Shown here: piece after piece, positions 19,887-30,027 of the stretch
Numbering within the stretch: the first letter of the stretch is position 1
Layout: every line of letters begins with the position of its first letter
Assembly (NCBI GenBank): GCA_903838705.1
Contig: CAILZL010000028.1
Span: forward strand, 428-64,427
Reading direction: 5' to 3'
DNA from: an uncultured Pseudomonadota bacterium
GTDB taxonomy: Bacteria > Pseudomonadota > Gammaproteobacteria > Steroidobacterales > Steroidobacteraceae
Length of the DNA: 64,000 nucleotides
The notes under the pieces: model-generated
Seen by the model: only the letters and a program-made list of their open reading frames with translations
The model's database searches: none
What the model was told of the DNA's origin: nothing
Position numbers and translations under genes: made by a program

Positions 19887-20651
19887 TTAAGGCTTGGAAA
19901 ACCGCATCTGCCTCAGGTCGCCCAGTATCTCACGACTATGCAAATGACGACCATCCAGAGCATGATCAAGTGCTGCGCGCAGCAGATGCCGCACCTCGAT
20001 AATTTGTCGTGGATCAGTCAATTGTTCAGCACCCAGTGCCAGCAGAGCGGCACCGGTATAGACCCCCTTGATAGCATCTGGAATGGCATCCACAGGCAAG
20101 GGCCCCAGCTCCAGCACATAGCGATAACACCCATCCGGTTCCAGGGGCCGGCCGGATTCCGCCTCATATTGCAGGGACATGCCAAAACCCAGCGCCTGCA
20201 GCAACCGTTTTTCAAACAACCGGAGCGCCAGCAATTCATCCGATCCCGTCTTGAGGTGCTGCAAAGTTTCGTTGTAAAGATCAAAAACTTCGACTTGCGG
20301 GTCATGCAGATGCAATAACTTGAGCAACAGTTCATTGAGGTAAAAACCACTCAGCATACGCATCGCAGGCATATTGACCGGCTCACCCGCCAGCTCGGCA
20401 GCAACAAGCTGCCCGGCTTCGCCCTTGCCGGACCATGACACAAGGATAGGCTGAAATGATTGCAGTGCCGCAGCCAGTCCTGTTTTGCTATTGCGCACTC
20501 CACGGGCGAATACAGTCATTCGTCCATGATCACGAGTGAAGAGGTCTACGATTCGACTGGTATCACGATATGGCCGCTGATGCAGAACATACGCCGGTTG
20601 CAGCTGGATACGATGCGTGGCAACTGGATTCATGTTCTGGTGAATCAGCAA
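19887..20651 (-). CDS. recO: DNA repair protein RecO
   Basis: About 250 aa. It has the [16 protein letters not shown]-fold N-terminus and lies in the conserved era-recO-pdxJ order. An alternative start is at 20633. Confidence 0.85.
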   Translation of the reverse strand: MLIHQNMNPVATHRIQLQPAYVLHQRPYRDTSRIVDLFTRDHGRMTVFARGVRNSKTGLAAALQSFQPILVSWSGKGEAGQLVAAELAGEPVNMPAMRMLSGFYLNELLLKLLHLHDPQVEVFDLYNETLQHLKTGSDELLALRLFEKRLLQALGFGMSLQYEAESGRPLEPDGCYRYVLELGPLPVDAIPDAIKGVYTGAALLALGAEQLTDPRQIIEVRHLLRAALDHALDGRHLHSREILGDLRQMRFSKP

Positions 20652-20654
20652 TTA

Positions 20655-21638
20655 TCAATTGGAATCAAAACCGAACTGCTGAAGCGCCGCAGCACTGTCA
20701 GACCAGTTTTCTTTCACCTTAACCCACAATTCAAGATGGATTGGTGTATCCAGCATTTTCTGTAATTCAACACGGGCCGAAGTGCCAACTTTCTTCAGCC
20801 CCTCACCCTTGTCACCGATGACAATGGCTTTCTGACCGGCACGTTCCACCCAGATGACTGCATTGATCACCAGCTTGCCGCTTTCCTCATCAAACTCAAA
20901 GCGCTCAATCTCCACCGTCAGACCATAGGGCAACTCATCACGCAGACGCCATGTCAATTTTTCCCGGATGACTTCGGCCGCCTGAAATTTGTCACTGCGA
21001 TCCGTGAATTGCTCCTGCGGGAAATGCGGCGGTGACAATGGCAAATGCCGGGAAATCAACTCTGGCAATTGCTCAAGATTCACTTTTTTCATGCTGGAAA
21101 TCGGCACGATTTCTACGAAGTCAGCCTTACGCGAAATTTCATTCAGGAATGGCATGAGACGCTCTTTCGGGTGCACCTTATCCACTTTGCTGACCAGCAG
21201 AATGATGGGCCGGCCCCGTTGCCTGATGTTATCAAGAACAAATTGATCTTCATCCGTCCAGCGCAATGCCTCCACCAGAAACAGATCAACATCCGCATCC
21301 GCCAGCGACGCCATGGCAGAGCGATTCATGTAGCGATTCATCATCCGTTTTTCGGTGATATGAATTCCCGGCGTATCTACAAACACGATCTGTGATGCTG
21401 GCCCGGTCAGGATTCCCAGTATCCGGTGTCGAGTGGTCTGTGGCTTGGGTGAAACAATGCTGACCTTGCGCCTGAGCAAGGCATTAAGCAAAGTGGACTT
21501 TCCTACATTCGGACGTCCCACTATCGCCGCAAAGCCACACCGGTAATTCTCAGGAAAATCCATCGGGCTCTCATCAACTGATAAGGGCGTTTCATCGGAC
21601 ACTGGATCTGATACAGGGTTATTCATTAATTTTGCCAA
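20655..21638 (-). CDS. era: GTPase Era
   Basis: It has G1 GRPNVGKST, G3 DTPG, G4 SKVD and a C-terminal KH domain (VERAGQKAIVIGDKG). Confidence 0.93.
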   Translation of the reverse strand: MAKLMNNPVSDPVSDETPLSVDESPMDFPENYRCGFAAIVGRPNVGKSTLLNALLRRKVSIVSPKPQTTRHRILGILTGPASQIVFVDTPGIHITEKRMMNRYMNRSAMASLADADVDLFLVEALRWTDEDQFVLDNIRQRGRPIILLVSKVDKVHPKERLMPFLNEISRKADFVEIVPISSMKKVNLEQLPELISRHLPLSPPHFPQEQFTDRSDKFQAAEVIREKLTWRLRDELPYGLTVEIERFEFDEESGKLVINAVIWVERAGQKAIVIGDKGEGLKKVGTSARVELQKMLDTPIHLELWVKVKENWSDSAAALQQFGFDSN

Positions 21639-21647
21639 TCACAAAAA

Positions 21648-22355
21648 CTATATTGAGTCATCACTGCGCCGCTTTGCCCAGCTTGATTTCAGTTGCACCA
21701 GCAGTAATTCCGCTGCCGCCTGTTCCGCAGCACGACGGCTGGGACCTTCACCTCGCGTCTGCAATGCAAGGCTTGGCACCTTGCAACTGACACGAAAATG
21801 CTGCTCATGCGGCTGCCCCGTAATTGCCTCCACCACATAATCAGGAATAGCAACGGACCGTGACTGCAACGCTTCCTGCAACTGTGTTTTGGGATCCTTC
21901 AACTGTGCTGCCTGTGGCAACTGATGCAGGCGCTCGGCAAACATACGCTCGATAACTGCGGCCACTTCCGTATAGCTGGAATCAAGATAAATCGCACCCA
22001 GAATGGCCTCCAGCGTATCGGCAAGAATGGACTTTCGCCTGTAGCCACCTGACTTCAATTCCCCAGGTCCCAGTTTCAGTCGCTCTCCAATCTGATACTG
22101 ACCCGCCAGTGCGGCAAGCGACTCACCACTGACGAGGGTTGCACGGTAGCGTGAAAGCTCGCCTTCTGATGCAGAAGTAAATGTGTGATACAGCAAACTG
22201 GCAGTCACGCCATTCAGAACCGCATCACCTAGAAATTCAAGCCGCTCATTATGAGCACCACCAGCGCTGCGATGTGTTAATGCAGTTTCAAACAGGGACT
22301 GATCGCGACATGTGTACGCGAATGTATCGCCCAGCCACTGAGGCAATGACTTCAA
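21648..22355 (-). CDS. rnc: Ribonuclease III
   Basis: It has the signature NERLEFLGDAVL and a C-terminal dsRBD (GEGPSRRAAEQAAA). Confidence 0.93.
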   Translation of the reverse strand: MKSLPQWLGDTFAYTCRDQSLFETALTHRSAGGAHNERLEFLGDAVLNGVTASLLYHTFTSASEGELSRYRATLVSGESLAALAGQYQIGERLKLGPGELKSGGYRRKSILADTLEAILGAIYLDSSYTEVAAVIERMFAERLHQLPQAAQLKDPKTQLQEALQSRSVAIPDYVVEAITGQPHEQHFRVSCKVPSLALQTRGEGPSRRAAEQAAAELLLVQLKSSWAKRRSDDSI

Positions 22356-22380
22356 AACTGCAGAACCTGATAAAACCGGA

Positions 22381-22755
22381 TCATTGAACGGTCACCGACT
22401 TTTCAAAATCAGCCACCAGTGAAACATTAGCGATAAATGGCATTTCTGCCCGATACTGAGCGGTCATTTCATAACCAGAGCCAACTTTCCGGATGACCAC
22501 TTCGTCATACTTTATGCTGGTGATATCTTCAACTTGCCAGTGGCGGTTAAGCGCTGTTCTGATTTTTTCCACCGTTGCACCACCCGCAGCTTCCTGCGCA
22601 ACCCTGTCCAGAGTTTTTACAATCGAGTAATACTCAAGATACTTCGGCATAAGCCGCACCACGGCGTAGAGGCCCAACCCCAGCACGGCGATGATGCATA
22701 ACATTCCGATTGCGGTGGCACCGCGTTGCCGGCAGGGGGTATTGACTGTATTCAT
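22381..22755 (-). CDS. DUF4845-like small membrane-anchored protein (conserved between lepB and rnc)
   Basis: It has a single N-terminal TM (AIGMLCIIAVLGLGLYAVV) and a conserved position in the lepA-lepB-X-rnc cluster. The ORF opens at 22800, but Met at 22755 avoids overlap with lepB. Confidence 0.6.
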   Translation of the reverse strand: MNTVNTPCRQRGATAIGMLCIIAVLGLGLYAVVRLMPKYLEYYSIVKTLDRVAQEAAGGATVEKIRTALNRHWQVEDITSIKYDEVVIRKVGSGYEMTAQYRAEMPFIANVSLVADFEKSVTVQ

Positions 22756-22796
22756 AATTACTCCCGTAGTGACTGGTTCGCGTGTGTAGACGGGCA

Positions 22797-23621
22797 TCAA
22801 TGTATCAGCGTTCCGATCCGGTTGAAAATGGGCAGCTCCGAGAATTTCCAGTGGAACCAGATTAACTTGGCTTTCCCGACCAGGTTTTCCTCCGGCACAT
22901 AACCCACCTGAACAAATCGGCCATCCTGACTGTTATCTCGATTATCACCCATGAACAGGTACTTGCCAGCCGGCACCACCCCGTCGAAATCCTTGGTAAA
23001 TGCATTATCAAGGAACATGACCTGGTGTTTGACGCCGCCCAGATCCTCTTCCCCGAGCCGGGCATTTGAATATCCATGTTCGTTGTATTCATTACCCATG
23101 ACTACATCCATCTTCTTGCCATTGATATAAACCACATCATTGGTCACCACAACATGATCACCGGGTAGACCAATCAGGCGCTTGATGTAATTGATGCGTG
23201 GATCAGCAGGCAATCTGAATACAATGACGTCACCGCGCTGCGGATCGCCTGTCTCCAGCAGCTTGGTATTGAATACCGGCATGCGCAGATCATAGGAAAA
23301 CTTGCTGACAAAAATAAAATCCCCGGCCAGCAGAGTCGGCATCATGGAATCAGACGGGATTCGAAACGGTTCAAACAGAAATGACCTGACCACCAGCACC
23401 AGACACAGCACCGGATAGAAGGATCGGGCATATTCAACCAGAACGGGTTCGGAGTGCTTTGAGACTGCGGCTCGACTTTCAGCTGAACCAGCGTTCAGGG
23501 ACTCTGCATTATCAGCCTGTTTGCGAACACGATCGGCTTTGAAAAATATTTTATCAATGGCCAGTATCACGAAAGACAGGATGATGAGCACCATCAACCA
23601 TAAAGAAAAATCAACGGTCAT
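22797..23621 (-). CDS. lepB: Signal peptidase I
   Basis: It has the catalytic Ser in IPSDSMMPTL, the Lys box YIKRLIGLPGD and GDNRDNSQDGR. Confidence 0.93.
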   Translation of the reverse strand: MTVDFSLWLMVLIILSFVILAIDKIFFKADRVRKQADNAESLNAGSAESRAAVSKHSEPVLVEYARSFYPVLCLVLVVRSFLFEPFRIPSDSMMPTLLAGDFIFVSKFSYDLRMPVFNTKLLETGDPQRGDVIVFRLPADPRINYIKRLIGLPGDHVVVTNDVVYINGKKMDVVMGNEYNEHGYSNARLGEEDLGGVKHQVMFLDNAFTKDFDGVVPAGKYLFMGDNRDNSQDGRFVQVGYVPEENLVGKAKLIWFHWKFSELPIFNRIGTLIH

Positions 23622-23666
23622 ACTGTTTACTTCCTGACTGAGATTATTACCCGCTTAAGGGCGAAC

Positions 23667-25487
23667 CTATTTTTCCCGACCAATCTGCAATACCGCCAGG
23701 AATGCTTCCTGAGGAATTTCAACGGAACCAACCTGCTTCATGCGCTTCTTGCCTTCTTTCTGCTTTTCCAGCAGCTTGCGCTTACGGCTGAGGTCACCGC
23801 CATAGCACTTGGCCAGCACGTTCTTGCGCAGCGCCTTGACGTTCGCACGCGCCACCACATTCACACCGATTGCAGCCTGCACGGCTACTTCAAACATCTG
23901 GCGCGGAATCAACTCGCGCATTTTATCTACCAGTTCCCGACCACGCTGATAGGCCATATCACGATGGACAATAATGGACAGTGCATCCACCTTATCAGCG
24001 TTGATCAGAATATCCAGCTTGACCATCGGCGCCGCTTCAAAATGGCTGAACTCATAGTCGAATGATGCATAACCACGACTGACCGACTTGAGCCGATCAA
24101 AAAAGTCCAGCACCACGTCTGCCATGGGCAATTCATATTGCAGGGATACCTGATTACCCAGATACAGCATCTTCTTCTGCCGGCCACGCTTGTCATTACA
24201 CAACTTGAGCACAGCGCCAACATATTCAGGAGGTACAAGGATGTTGGCAATAATGATTGGCTCTCTCAATTCGGCCGTGACATTGCTGGCAGGCAATTTG
24301 GCGGGGTTATCGACGTAAATCGTCGTGCCATCGGTGAGCAGAATTTCATAGACCACAGTTGGCGCACTGGTAATCAGATCAAGGTTGTATTCCCGCTCCA
24401 GTCGCTCCTGCACAATATCCATGTGCAGCAATCCTAGAAAGCCACAGCGAAAACCAAAACCCAGCGCTGCTGAAACCTCTGGCTGGTACTGCAATGCAGA
24501 ATCATTGAGCTTCAATTTGGCGAGCGCATCGCGAAATGCTTCATAGTCGTCCGAATTAACTGTAAACAGTCCGGCAAAGACCCGTGGTTGTATCTGTTTG
24601 AAGCCTTCCAGAGCCGCACTACACTGACGTGACTCGAGTGTGATCGTGTCGCCCACCGGCGCACCATCAATTTCTTTGATGCCTGCAATAACAAATCCGA
24701 CTTCACCGGTTGCAAGTTCACTGCAGGCAAGGGATTTGGGAGTAAATCTTCCCAGCTTGTCCACTTGATAGTTACGACCCGACGACCAGACACGAATTTT
24801 TTCACCCACTTTGAGTGAACCATTCATGACACGTACCAGAGATACCACACCGACGTAGCTGTCGAACCAGGAATCGATGATCAGCGCCTGCAACGGTGCA
24901 TCCGGATCACCCTTCGGCGCAGGGATACGCCGCACAATCTCCTCAAGCAACTCCGGCACACCCAGGCCAGTTTTGGCACTGACAAGCACAGCATCTTCAG
25001 CATCAATGCCGATGATTTCCTCAATTTCCTTAATGACACGTGCCGGTTCCGCTGATGGCAAATCGATTTTGTTAATTACCGGCACCACCTCCAGACCTTG
25101 ATCCAGTGCGGTGTAACAGTTGGCCACGCTCTGAGCCTCCACTCCCTGTGCCGCATCAACAACCAGCAAGGCCCCGTCACAGGCAGCCAGCGACCGCGAT
25201 ACTTCATAGGAAAAGTCAACATGCCCGGGAGTATCAATCATGTTCAACTGGTAGATCTGTCCATCCTTTGCCTTGTACTTGAGCATGACGCTCTGGGCTT
25301 TGATGGTGATACCGCGCTCACGCTCCAGATCCATGGAATCCAGCACCTGATTTTCCATCTCACGCGCATCCAGCCCTCCGCATGACTGGATGAACCGGTC
25401 TGCGAGCGTGGATTTGCCGTGATCGACGTGGGCGATGATGGAAAAATTACGAATCAGCTTCATGGAAAAAAGGTTCTCGACGGCCAA
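23667..25487 (-). CDS. lepA: Translation elongation factor 4
   Basis: It has [25 protein letters not shown] and NKID, plus the LepA-specific C-terminal domain. The likely start is Met at 25463. Confidence 0.95.
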   Translation of the reverse strand: MAVENLFSMKLIRNFSIIAHVDHGKSTLADRFIQSCGGLDAREMENQVLDSMDLERERGITIKAQSVMLKYKAKDGQIYQLNMIDTPGHVDFSYEVSRSLAACDGALLVVDAAQGVEAQSVANCYTALDQGLEVVPVINKIDLPSAEPARVIKEIEEIIGIDAEDAVLVSAKTGLGVPELLEEIVRRIPAPKGDPDAPLQALIIDSWFDSYVGVVSLVRVMNGSLKVGEKIRVWSSGRNYQVDKLGRFTPKSLACSELATGEVGFVIAGIKEIDGAPVGDTITLESRQCSAALEGFKQIQPRVFAGLFTVNSDDYEAFRDALAKLKLNDSALQYQPEVSAALGFGFRCGFLGLLHMDIVQERLEREYNLDLITSAPTVVYEILLTDGTTIYVDNPAKLPASNVTAELREPIIIANILVPPEYVGAVLKLCNDKRGRQKKMLYLGNQVSLQYELPMADVVLDFFDRLKSVSRGYASFDYEFSHFEAAPMVKLDILINADKVDALSIIVHRDMAYQRGRELVDKMRELIPRQMFEVAVQAAIGVNVVARANVKALRKNVLAKCYGGDLSRKRKLLEKQKEGKKRMKQVGSVEIPQEAFLAVLQIGREK

Positions 25488-25579
25488 AACTACGATACAA
25501 AGGCAACCCGGCCCAGCGAATGGTCAAAGATTGCGGATTATATCGGAGATGGGGGCAGGAACTGAGGGAATCGCGCCGG

Positions 25580-25852
25580 TCAGACAGGCCAATACTTGCC
25601 TCGGGACGGCAGGAAGGCTTGCAGACGCGTCCGATCCAGTCGATAGGCGCAGACAAACTCACCATCAATCAGCAACACCGGGATCCGCTGTCCGTACTTT
25701 CGCTCCAGCTCAGTATCACCACTGATGTCCTGTACTTGCACCTGCTCTGCAAGGGGCCCGAGTATTTCGACCAGCTCCTGTAACAGTTCATCACAAAGGC
25801 TGCAATCCGGACGCGACAGAACCAGCCAGTTTTGAGCAACAGGCATTTTCAC
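25580..25852 (-). CDS. Glutaredoxin-like small thiol protein (DUF836/Glutaredoxin_2-like)
   Basis: 90 aa. It has a CSLC redox motif and an IPVLLIDGE segment. Its start overlaps the rseB stop (ATGA). Confidence 0.65.
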   Translation of the reverse strand: MKMPVAQNWLVLSRPDCSLCDELLQELVEILGPLAEQVQVQDISGDTELERKYGQRIPVLLIDGEFVCAYRLDRTRLQAFLPSRGKYWPV

Positions 25853-26874
25853 TTGCGGATGACCGCTGACTCATGGACTGGTAAGGACTCATGATTTCCA
25901 CCGGATGGATGGGTCAAAGACAGCACCATGCTCCTGACGGTTGCGGCAGGCACTTCACCTACAGCAGTGACCTGATATCCGGCGGTGTCGGTATGGAAGG
26001 CATAAGTAGAACCCACTTTCTGCAGACTGACACCCACCTGCCCTTCCATGTCATTCTGATCGATAAATACGGAGACAGTGGCCAGTCCATCAGAATAAAC
26101 CAGATGCTTTACGGGTGTCTTGCTGCCTACTACAGATTGCAATCGGGAATTGGTGAGCTTGAAGCCCGGTGGCAACTCACCAACCCGCCAGTCGTTAACT
26201 TCATTGACAAGAGCCTGACGATGAATCTCATGACGAATCCATTCAAAACCTTTTGTATCGACCGCTGGTTGCAAATCACGATCAGTGATGTGTTCACGCA
26301 GCACCAGATCGGCAAACGCCACCTGAGCAACAATGTGACCCTGGCGATCAACCAGCTGTGATTTGAGTGGCATGGCAGTATCTGCATCCAGCCACAGACG
26401 ATAACCATACCGGTACTCATCACGTGGCTGCACGTTAACCAGCTGTGCCTTCCGCTCCAGTAACTTATTGGCCGGGCTGGTGCTAATGTCGTAGTAGGCT
26501 TCGAGCCCAGGTGTGTACTCAGGAATGAGACTCAGCAACCCGTCCTTTTCAGCATGGCTTTCAACCAGTACAGAACGGGTGTCAGGCATGTAGTAAGTTA
26601 CTTCCGCATTGGTTCGAATATATTCACGCCCGACACCATCCAATGACACCAATCGTTCAGTGATCTGGCCATGCGCATAGCGATGAATGATGCGCATTGT
26701 CTCCGATTGCGTCTGCGAAGTATGAATGAACCGGCCATCATAATTTCGCTCCACCAGTGCTTGCGACATCCGCTCCAGCCAGACCCGAGCATCCTCTGTG
26801 CCGGCAGCAGTTGCGACTGTACTGGCTATCAGACAAGTCATCGTCAGAAAACAACTGGCAAATCTGGCTATCAT
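25849..26874 (-). CDS. rseB: Sigma-E factor regulatory protein RseB/MucB
   Basis: It has a signal peptide and WLERMSQALVERNYDGRFIH, the typical MucB/RseB N-terminus. It follows the anti-sigma gene. Confidence 0.85.
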   Translation of the reverse strand: MIARFASCFLTMTCLIASTVATAAGTEDARVWLERMSQALVERNYDGRFIHTSQTQSETMRIIHRYAHGQITERLVSLDGVGREYIRTNAEVTYYMPDTRSVLVESHAEKDGLLSLIPEYTPGLEAYYDISTSPANKLLERKAQLVNVQPRDEYRYGYRLWLDADTAMPLKSQLVDRQGHIVAQVAFADLVLREHITDRDLQPAVDTKGFEWIRHEIHRQALVNEVNDWRVGELPPGFKLTNSRLQSVVGSKTPVKHLVYSDGLATVSVFIDQNDMEGQVGVSLQKVGSTYAFHTDTAGYQVTAVGEVPAATVRSMVLSLTHPSGGNHESLPVHESAVIRK

Positions 26875-26882
26875 CAGAGCAA

Positions 26883-27542
26883 TTACTCAGTAACGGTTTT
26901 GATCAGTTCGACTGAAACCGGAACACCTTCTTCATTGACAATCTGAAGATATCCCTGCTGCTCACTGGTCAGCAGCCCAGTCAGCTGGTTACCTCTTCCC
27001 AGTGGCGACGAAAATTCGCTATGAGCTACCACGTAATTGGCTAAGCGTGCCTCAGGAATCGGGGCACTACGCGTAACAGCATTAACACGCCTGTACGATG
27101 GCTGCCCCCCCTGTATGGCAGGTTGCGACTGGCCGGCGGCAAGCCAGCCAGACTCAACATCAGACTGACTACGCAGGCTGACAAATGCCAGTGCTGCAAC
27201 GCCGGAGGCCAAAGCCATGCCTGCGGCAGGCCTCAACCATTTTGACCAAGGGGAATTCTTAAGCACTGCCTGCTCTTTAGTGCCGACTGCTTGCTCCTGC
27301 CTGATCGATATGGCAATACGTTTTGAAAAATCAGGAGAAAGCGCTGCAACCTTGGAAGTATCTGAAGCAGTGTTGCGCAATACCTCTCCCACTATCAGGT
27401 AACGGGCCATGGTCTGCTTGAGTTCCCGATCCTTTATCAACCGTCGTACCAGTAAATCCGTTTCGGCATTGGGCAACTCATCATCCAGAAATGCCGACAA
27501 CTGGGACTGCAGGGTTTCGTTTGGTTGAATTGCATCGGTCAT
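26883..27542 (-). CDS. rseA: Anti-sigma-E factor RseA/MucA-like
   Basis: From Met at 27542 the N-terminus reads LSAFLDDELP...YLIVGEVLRN, which is RseA_N-like. It has a central TM (AAGMALASGVAALAFV) and sits directly downstream of rpoE. The ORF extends upstream to 27653. Confidence 0.75.
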   Translation of the reverse strand: MTDAIQPNETLQSQLSAFLDDELPNAETDLLVRRLIKDRELKQTMARYLIVGEVLRNTASDTSKVAALSPDFSKRIAISIRQEQAVGTKEQAVLKNSPWSKWLRPAAGMALASGVAALAFVSLRSQSDVESGWLAAGQSQPAIQGGQPSYRRVNAVTRSAPIPEARLANYVVAHSEFSSPLGRGNQLTGLLTSEQQGYLQIVNEEGVPVSVELIKTVTE

Positions 27543-27659
27543 GATCAGGCTTTCTCGATCGTCGTAAAGATTTAAAACATTTCCAGCAACTGAAAACTCA
27601 TCTTCAATCAACCAGGAACATCCATCAGCTTGATGCCACCCGTTTCCGGACAAATAAAT

Positions 27660-28238
27660 CTACTCATCCAGCAATGGCCGCAACTTCCTGTCAATCGCTT
27701 CCCTGGCACGGAAAATTCTTGAACGGACAGTACCTACCGGACAGTCCATCACTTCAGCAATCTCCTCGTAGGACAATCCTTCCAGCTCCCGCAAAGTGAT
27801 GGCTTCCCGCAGATCATCCGGCAGCTGATGCATGGTTTCGGTCACCGTCTTGCGAATCTCCTCGGTCAACAGCATTCCTTCGGGAGTGTCGCCTTCCTTG
27901 AGCAAGGCCTGTGCTGCGTAATCTTCCGGATCCTGCATGTCCAGATTGTAATCAACCATCCGTCTGCGGCTCGACACCAGCACATTCTTTGCTGTGTTCG
28001 CTGCGATCCGGTACAGCCAGGTATAGAACGCGCTATCCCCCCGGAATGTGGGCAAGGCCTTGTAAGCCTTGATGAAGGTTTCCTGAGCGATATCTTCAGC
28101 CTCAGAAGGGTCGCGCACATATCGATTCACGAGTTTCAGAACCCGATGCTGATATTTCAATACCAGAAGATTGAACGCCTCCTGATCGCCACGTTGCACC
28201 ATCTCCACCAGCTTGCTGTCACTGTCTGTTTCACTCAT
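27660..28238 (-). CDS. rpoE: RNA polymerase sigma-E (RpoE/AlgU, ECF family)
   Basis: 192 aa. It has region 2 (DIAQETFIKAY, YTWLYRIA) and region 4 (LRELEGLSYEEIAEVMDCPVGTVRSRIFRAR). Confidence 0.93.
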   Translation of the reverse strand: MSETDSDSKLVEMVQRGDQEAFNLLVLKYQHRVLKLVNRYVRDPSEAEDIAQETFIKAYKALPTFRGDSAFYTWLYRIAANTAKNVLVSSRRRMVDYNLDMQDPEDYAAQALLKEGDTPEGMLLTEEIRKTVTETMHQLPDDLREAITLRELEGLSYEEIAEVMDCPVGTVRSRIFRAREAIDRKLRPLLDE

Positions 28239-28298
28239 ATCAGGCTATGCCCCTGTGAGTGCAGGCACCTGCGTTGACGCAGACCAATGAACAGCTCA

Positions 28299-28325
28299 GT
28301 AGACATCACGCTCCTGACAAAGTTC
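28299..28325 (-). promoter_or_regulatory. Putative sigma-E (AlgU)-type autoregulated promoter upstream of rpoE
   Basis: The minus strand reads GAACTT - 16 nt - TCTAC, about 60 nt upstream of the rpoE ATG. This is close to the GAACTT-N16/17-TCtgA consensus. Confidence 0.5.
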
Positions 28326-28406
28326 TAGCGACAGCATAACCAAGGAGATCCCATAACCCGGCAGAGGTCACTCTCAATGCAACAATCCTGAGATGTTATA
28401 CATAAC

Positions 28407-28907
28407 CTAGGAAGACTTGAACCTGGCATCGACTTCAAAACGGTGTCCCTGCAGGTGCAAACGAGTCAGGCAAGCTTGCCATACTGAATCCGGCACTTGC
28501 GAATGCCATACGAACACAGGAGGAACAGGCTGGTCAGATGAAATGAACCGCAAACACCACATCCGGCCAGTCACCCAGCTTTGAGGAGCCAGTTCCGCGT
28601 TAACTGCGGTGCCATTGGCAAACCGCACCGACCACTCACCCTGTTGCTGCCATATCAACTGACAAACTCTTCGTGATGGCTGACGGTACCCGGACTGCCA
28701 AAGCATCATGCTGCACCCCGCCAGTGCGATTACCAGCAGAACAAACGACCATGCCGGTGTTATGGACAGGTAACCCAGATCAATCAACAGCAGCACCAGC
28801 AGAGTCACACACAACAACCCCAGGCTGCTGAACAGCCCCAGCTTCGATTCAGGTATTTCAAGCACCAATGCGGGTGAGCTGCTGGATGACATCGGCGATA
28901 TCCGCAC
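28407..28907 (-). CDS. ygfX: YgfX/CptA-like inner-membrane protein (partner of SdhE)
   Basis: It has two TM helices, then a soluble W-rich domain (MMLWQSG...GEWSV...MWCLRF...VW) arranged like E. coli YgfX. It lies directly after sdhE. The start is uncertain (ATG 28892 or GTG 28865) and overlaps the sdhE 3' end. Confidence 0.55.
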   Translation of the reverse strand: MRISPMSSSSSPALVLEIPESKLGLFSSLGLLCVTLLVLLLIDLGYLSITPAWSFVLLVIALAGCSMMLWQSGYRQPSRRVCQLIWQQQGEWSVRFANGTAVNAELAPQSWVTGRMWCLRFISSDQPVPPVFVWHSQVPDSVWQACLTRLHLQGHRFEVDARFKSS

Positions 28908-29127
28908 TTTCCGGGTCTTGTTTGCCAGTCAGATATGACAGGATAACGGGGTCCTGCAGGTCAAGCAGTGCTGCAAATGCCTGTTGCTGCTGTGCACTGG
29001 CAGAGGGATAGACAGTTTCAAAATAGCGGGTCAGCAGCACATCCAGCTCACGCATGCCACGGCGGCAATGCCAGCGCATCCGTGACAGAGTGACTCCAGA
29101 ATTAGCTTCCTGATTCATTGCCAGCAA
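28858..29127 (-). CDS. sdhE: FAD assembly factor SdhE (YgfY family)
   Basis: 89 aa. It has the conserved RMRWHCRRGMRELD (RGxxE) motif. Confidence 0.88.
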   Translation of the reverse strand: MLAMNQEANSGVTLSRMRWHCRRGMRELDVLLTRYFETVYPSASAQQQQAFAALLDLQDPVILSYLTGKQDPESADIADVIQQLTRIGA

Positions 29128-29205
29128 CTTTCCAGCTCGAATTGACCGACACTGTCAAGCCACTCACAGGAGATACAGTCTCTCCTGCGGGCAGCTCGTG
29201 CAGCA

Positions 29206-29991
29206 TCACTGCTTGCGCTCAGCAATTTTGCGTTTGATTTCTGCAATTGCCCGGGCCGGGTTCAGATCCTTCGGACATGCTTCGGCGCAATTCATGATGG
29301 TGTGACAGCGATAGAGACGGAACGGATCTTCCAGTTCATCCAGACGCTCTCCAGTGGCTTCATCGCGGGTATCAATGATCCAGCGATATGCAGCCAGCAA
29401 GGCTGCCGGTCCAAGATATTTGTCGCTGTTCCACCAGTAACTTGGACAGGATGTTGAACAACAGGCGCACAGAATACAGGCTGAAGGACGATCAATCTTT
29501 TCCTGATCCTGCTTGGATTGCAGACGTTCCTGATCGGGTGGAGCCGGCGTGCGGGTCTGCAACCAGGGTTTGACTGAAGCATATTGTGCATAAAAGTTGG
29601 TCAGATCGGGCACCAGATCCTTGATTACCGGCATATGCGGCAACGGATAGATTTTTACGGTTCCCTTGATTTCAGCGCTGGCCTTGGTACACGCCAGCGT
29701 ATTCACGCCGTCAATATTCATGGCACAGGAACCGCAGATACCTTCGCGGCAGCTACGACGGAAAGTGAGTGACGGATCAACCTCGTTTTTGATCTTGATC
29801 AGCGCGTCAAGCACCATCGGACCGCAACTGCCCATATCCACCTCATAGGTATCAATACGGGGTTTATCCTTCGACTCAGGATCGAAGCGATAGATGCGGA
29901 AACTGCGCACGTCTTTGGCACCAGATGGCGCCTTGTGAACATTACCGTTAGGGTTCACAACCGAATTTGCTGGAAGACTGAATTGAGCCAT
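29206..29991 (-). CDS. sdhB: Succinate dehydrogenase iron-sulfur subunit
   Basis: It has the 2Fe-2S ([11 protein letters not shown]), 4Fe-4S ([12 protein letters not shown]) and 3Fe-4S ([12 protein letters not shown]) cysteine clusters. Confidence 0.95.
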   Translation of the reverse strand: MAQFSLPANSVVNPNGNVHKAPSGAKDVRSFRIYRFDPESKDKPRIDTYEVDMGSCGPMVLDALIKIKNEVDPSLTFRRSCREGICGSCAMNIDGVNTLACTKASAEIKGTVKIYPLPHMPVIKDLVPDLTNFYAQYASVKPWLQTRTPAPPDQERLQSKQDQEKIDRPSACILCACCSTSCPSYWWNSDKYLGPAALLAAYRWIIDTRDEATGERLDELEDPFRLYRCHTIMNCAEACPKDLNPARAIAEIKRKIAERKQ

Positions 29992-30027
29992 CGCGATTAC
30001 CTGATTTCCTGTGAAATTCGAAATGAA

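Noticed and set aside
29167-29185. Hairpin CAGGAGA-tacag-TCTCCTG between sdhB and sdhE
   Set aside because: It has a 7-bp stem but no T-run on the transcribed (minus) strand. It may be a partial attenuator, but I cannot support a terminator call.
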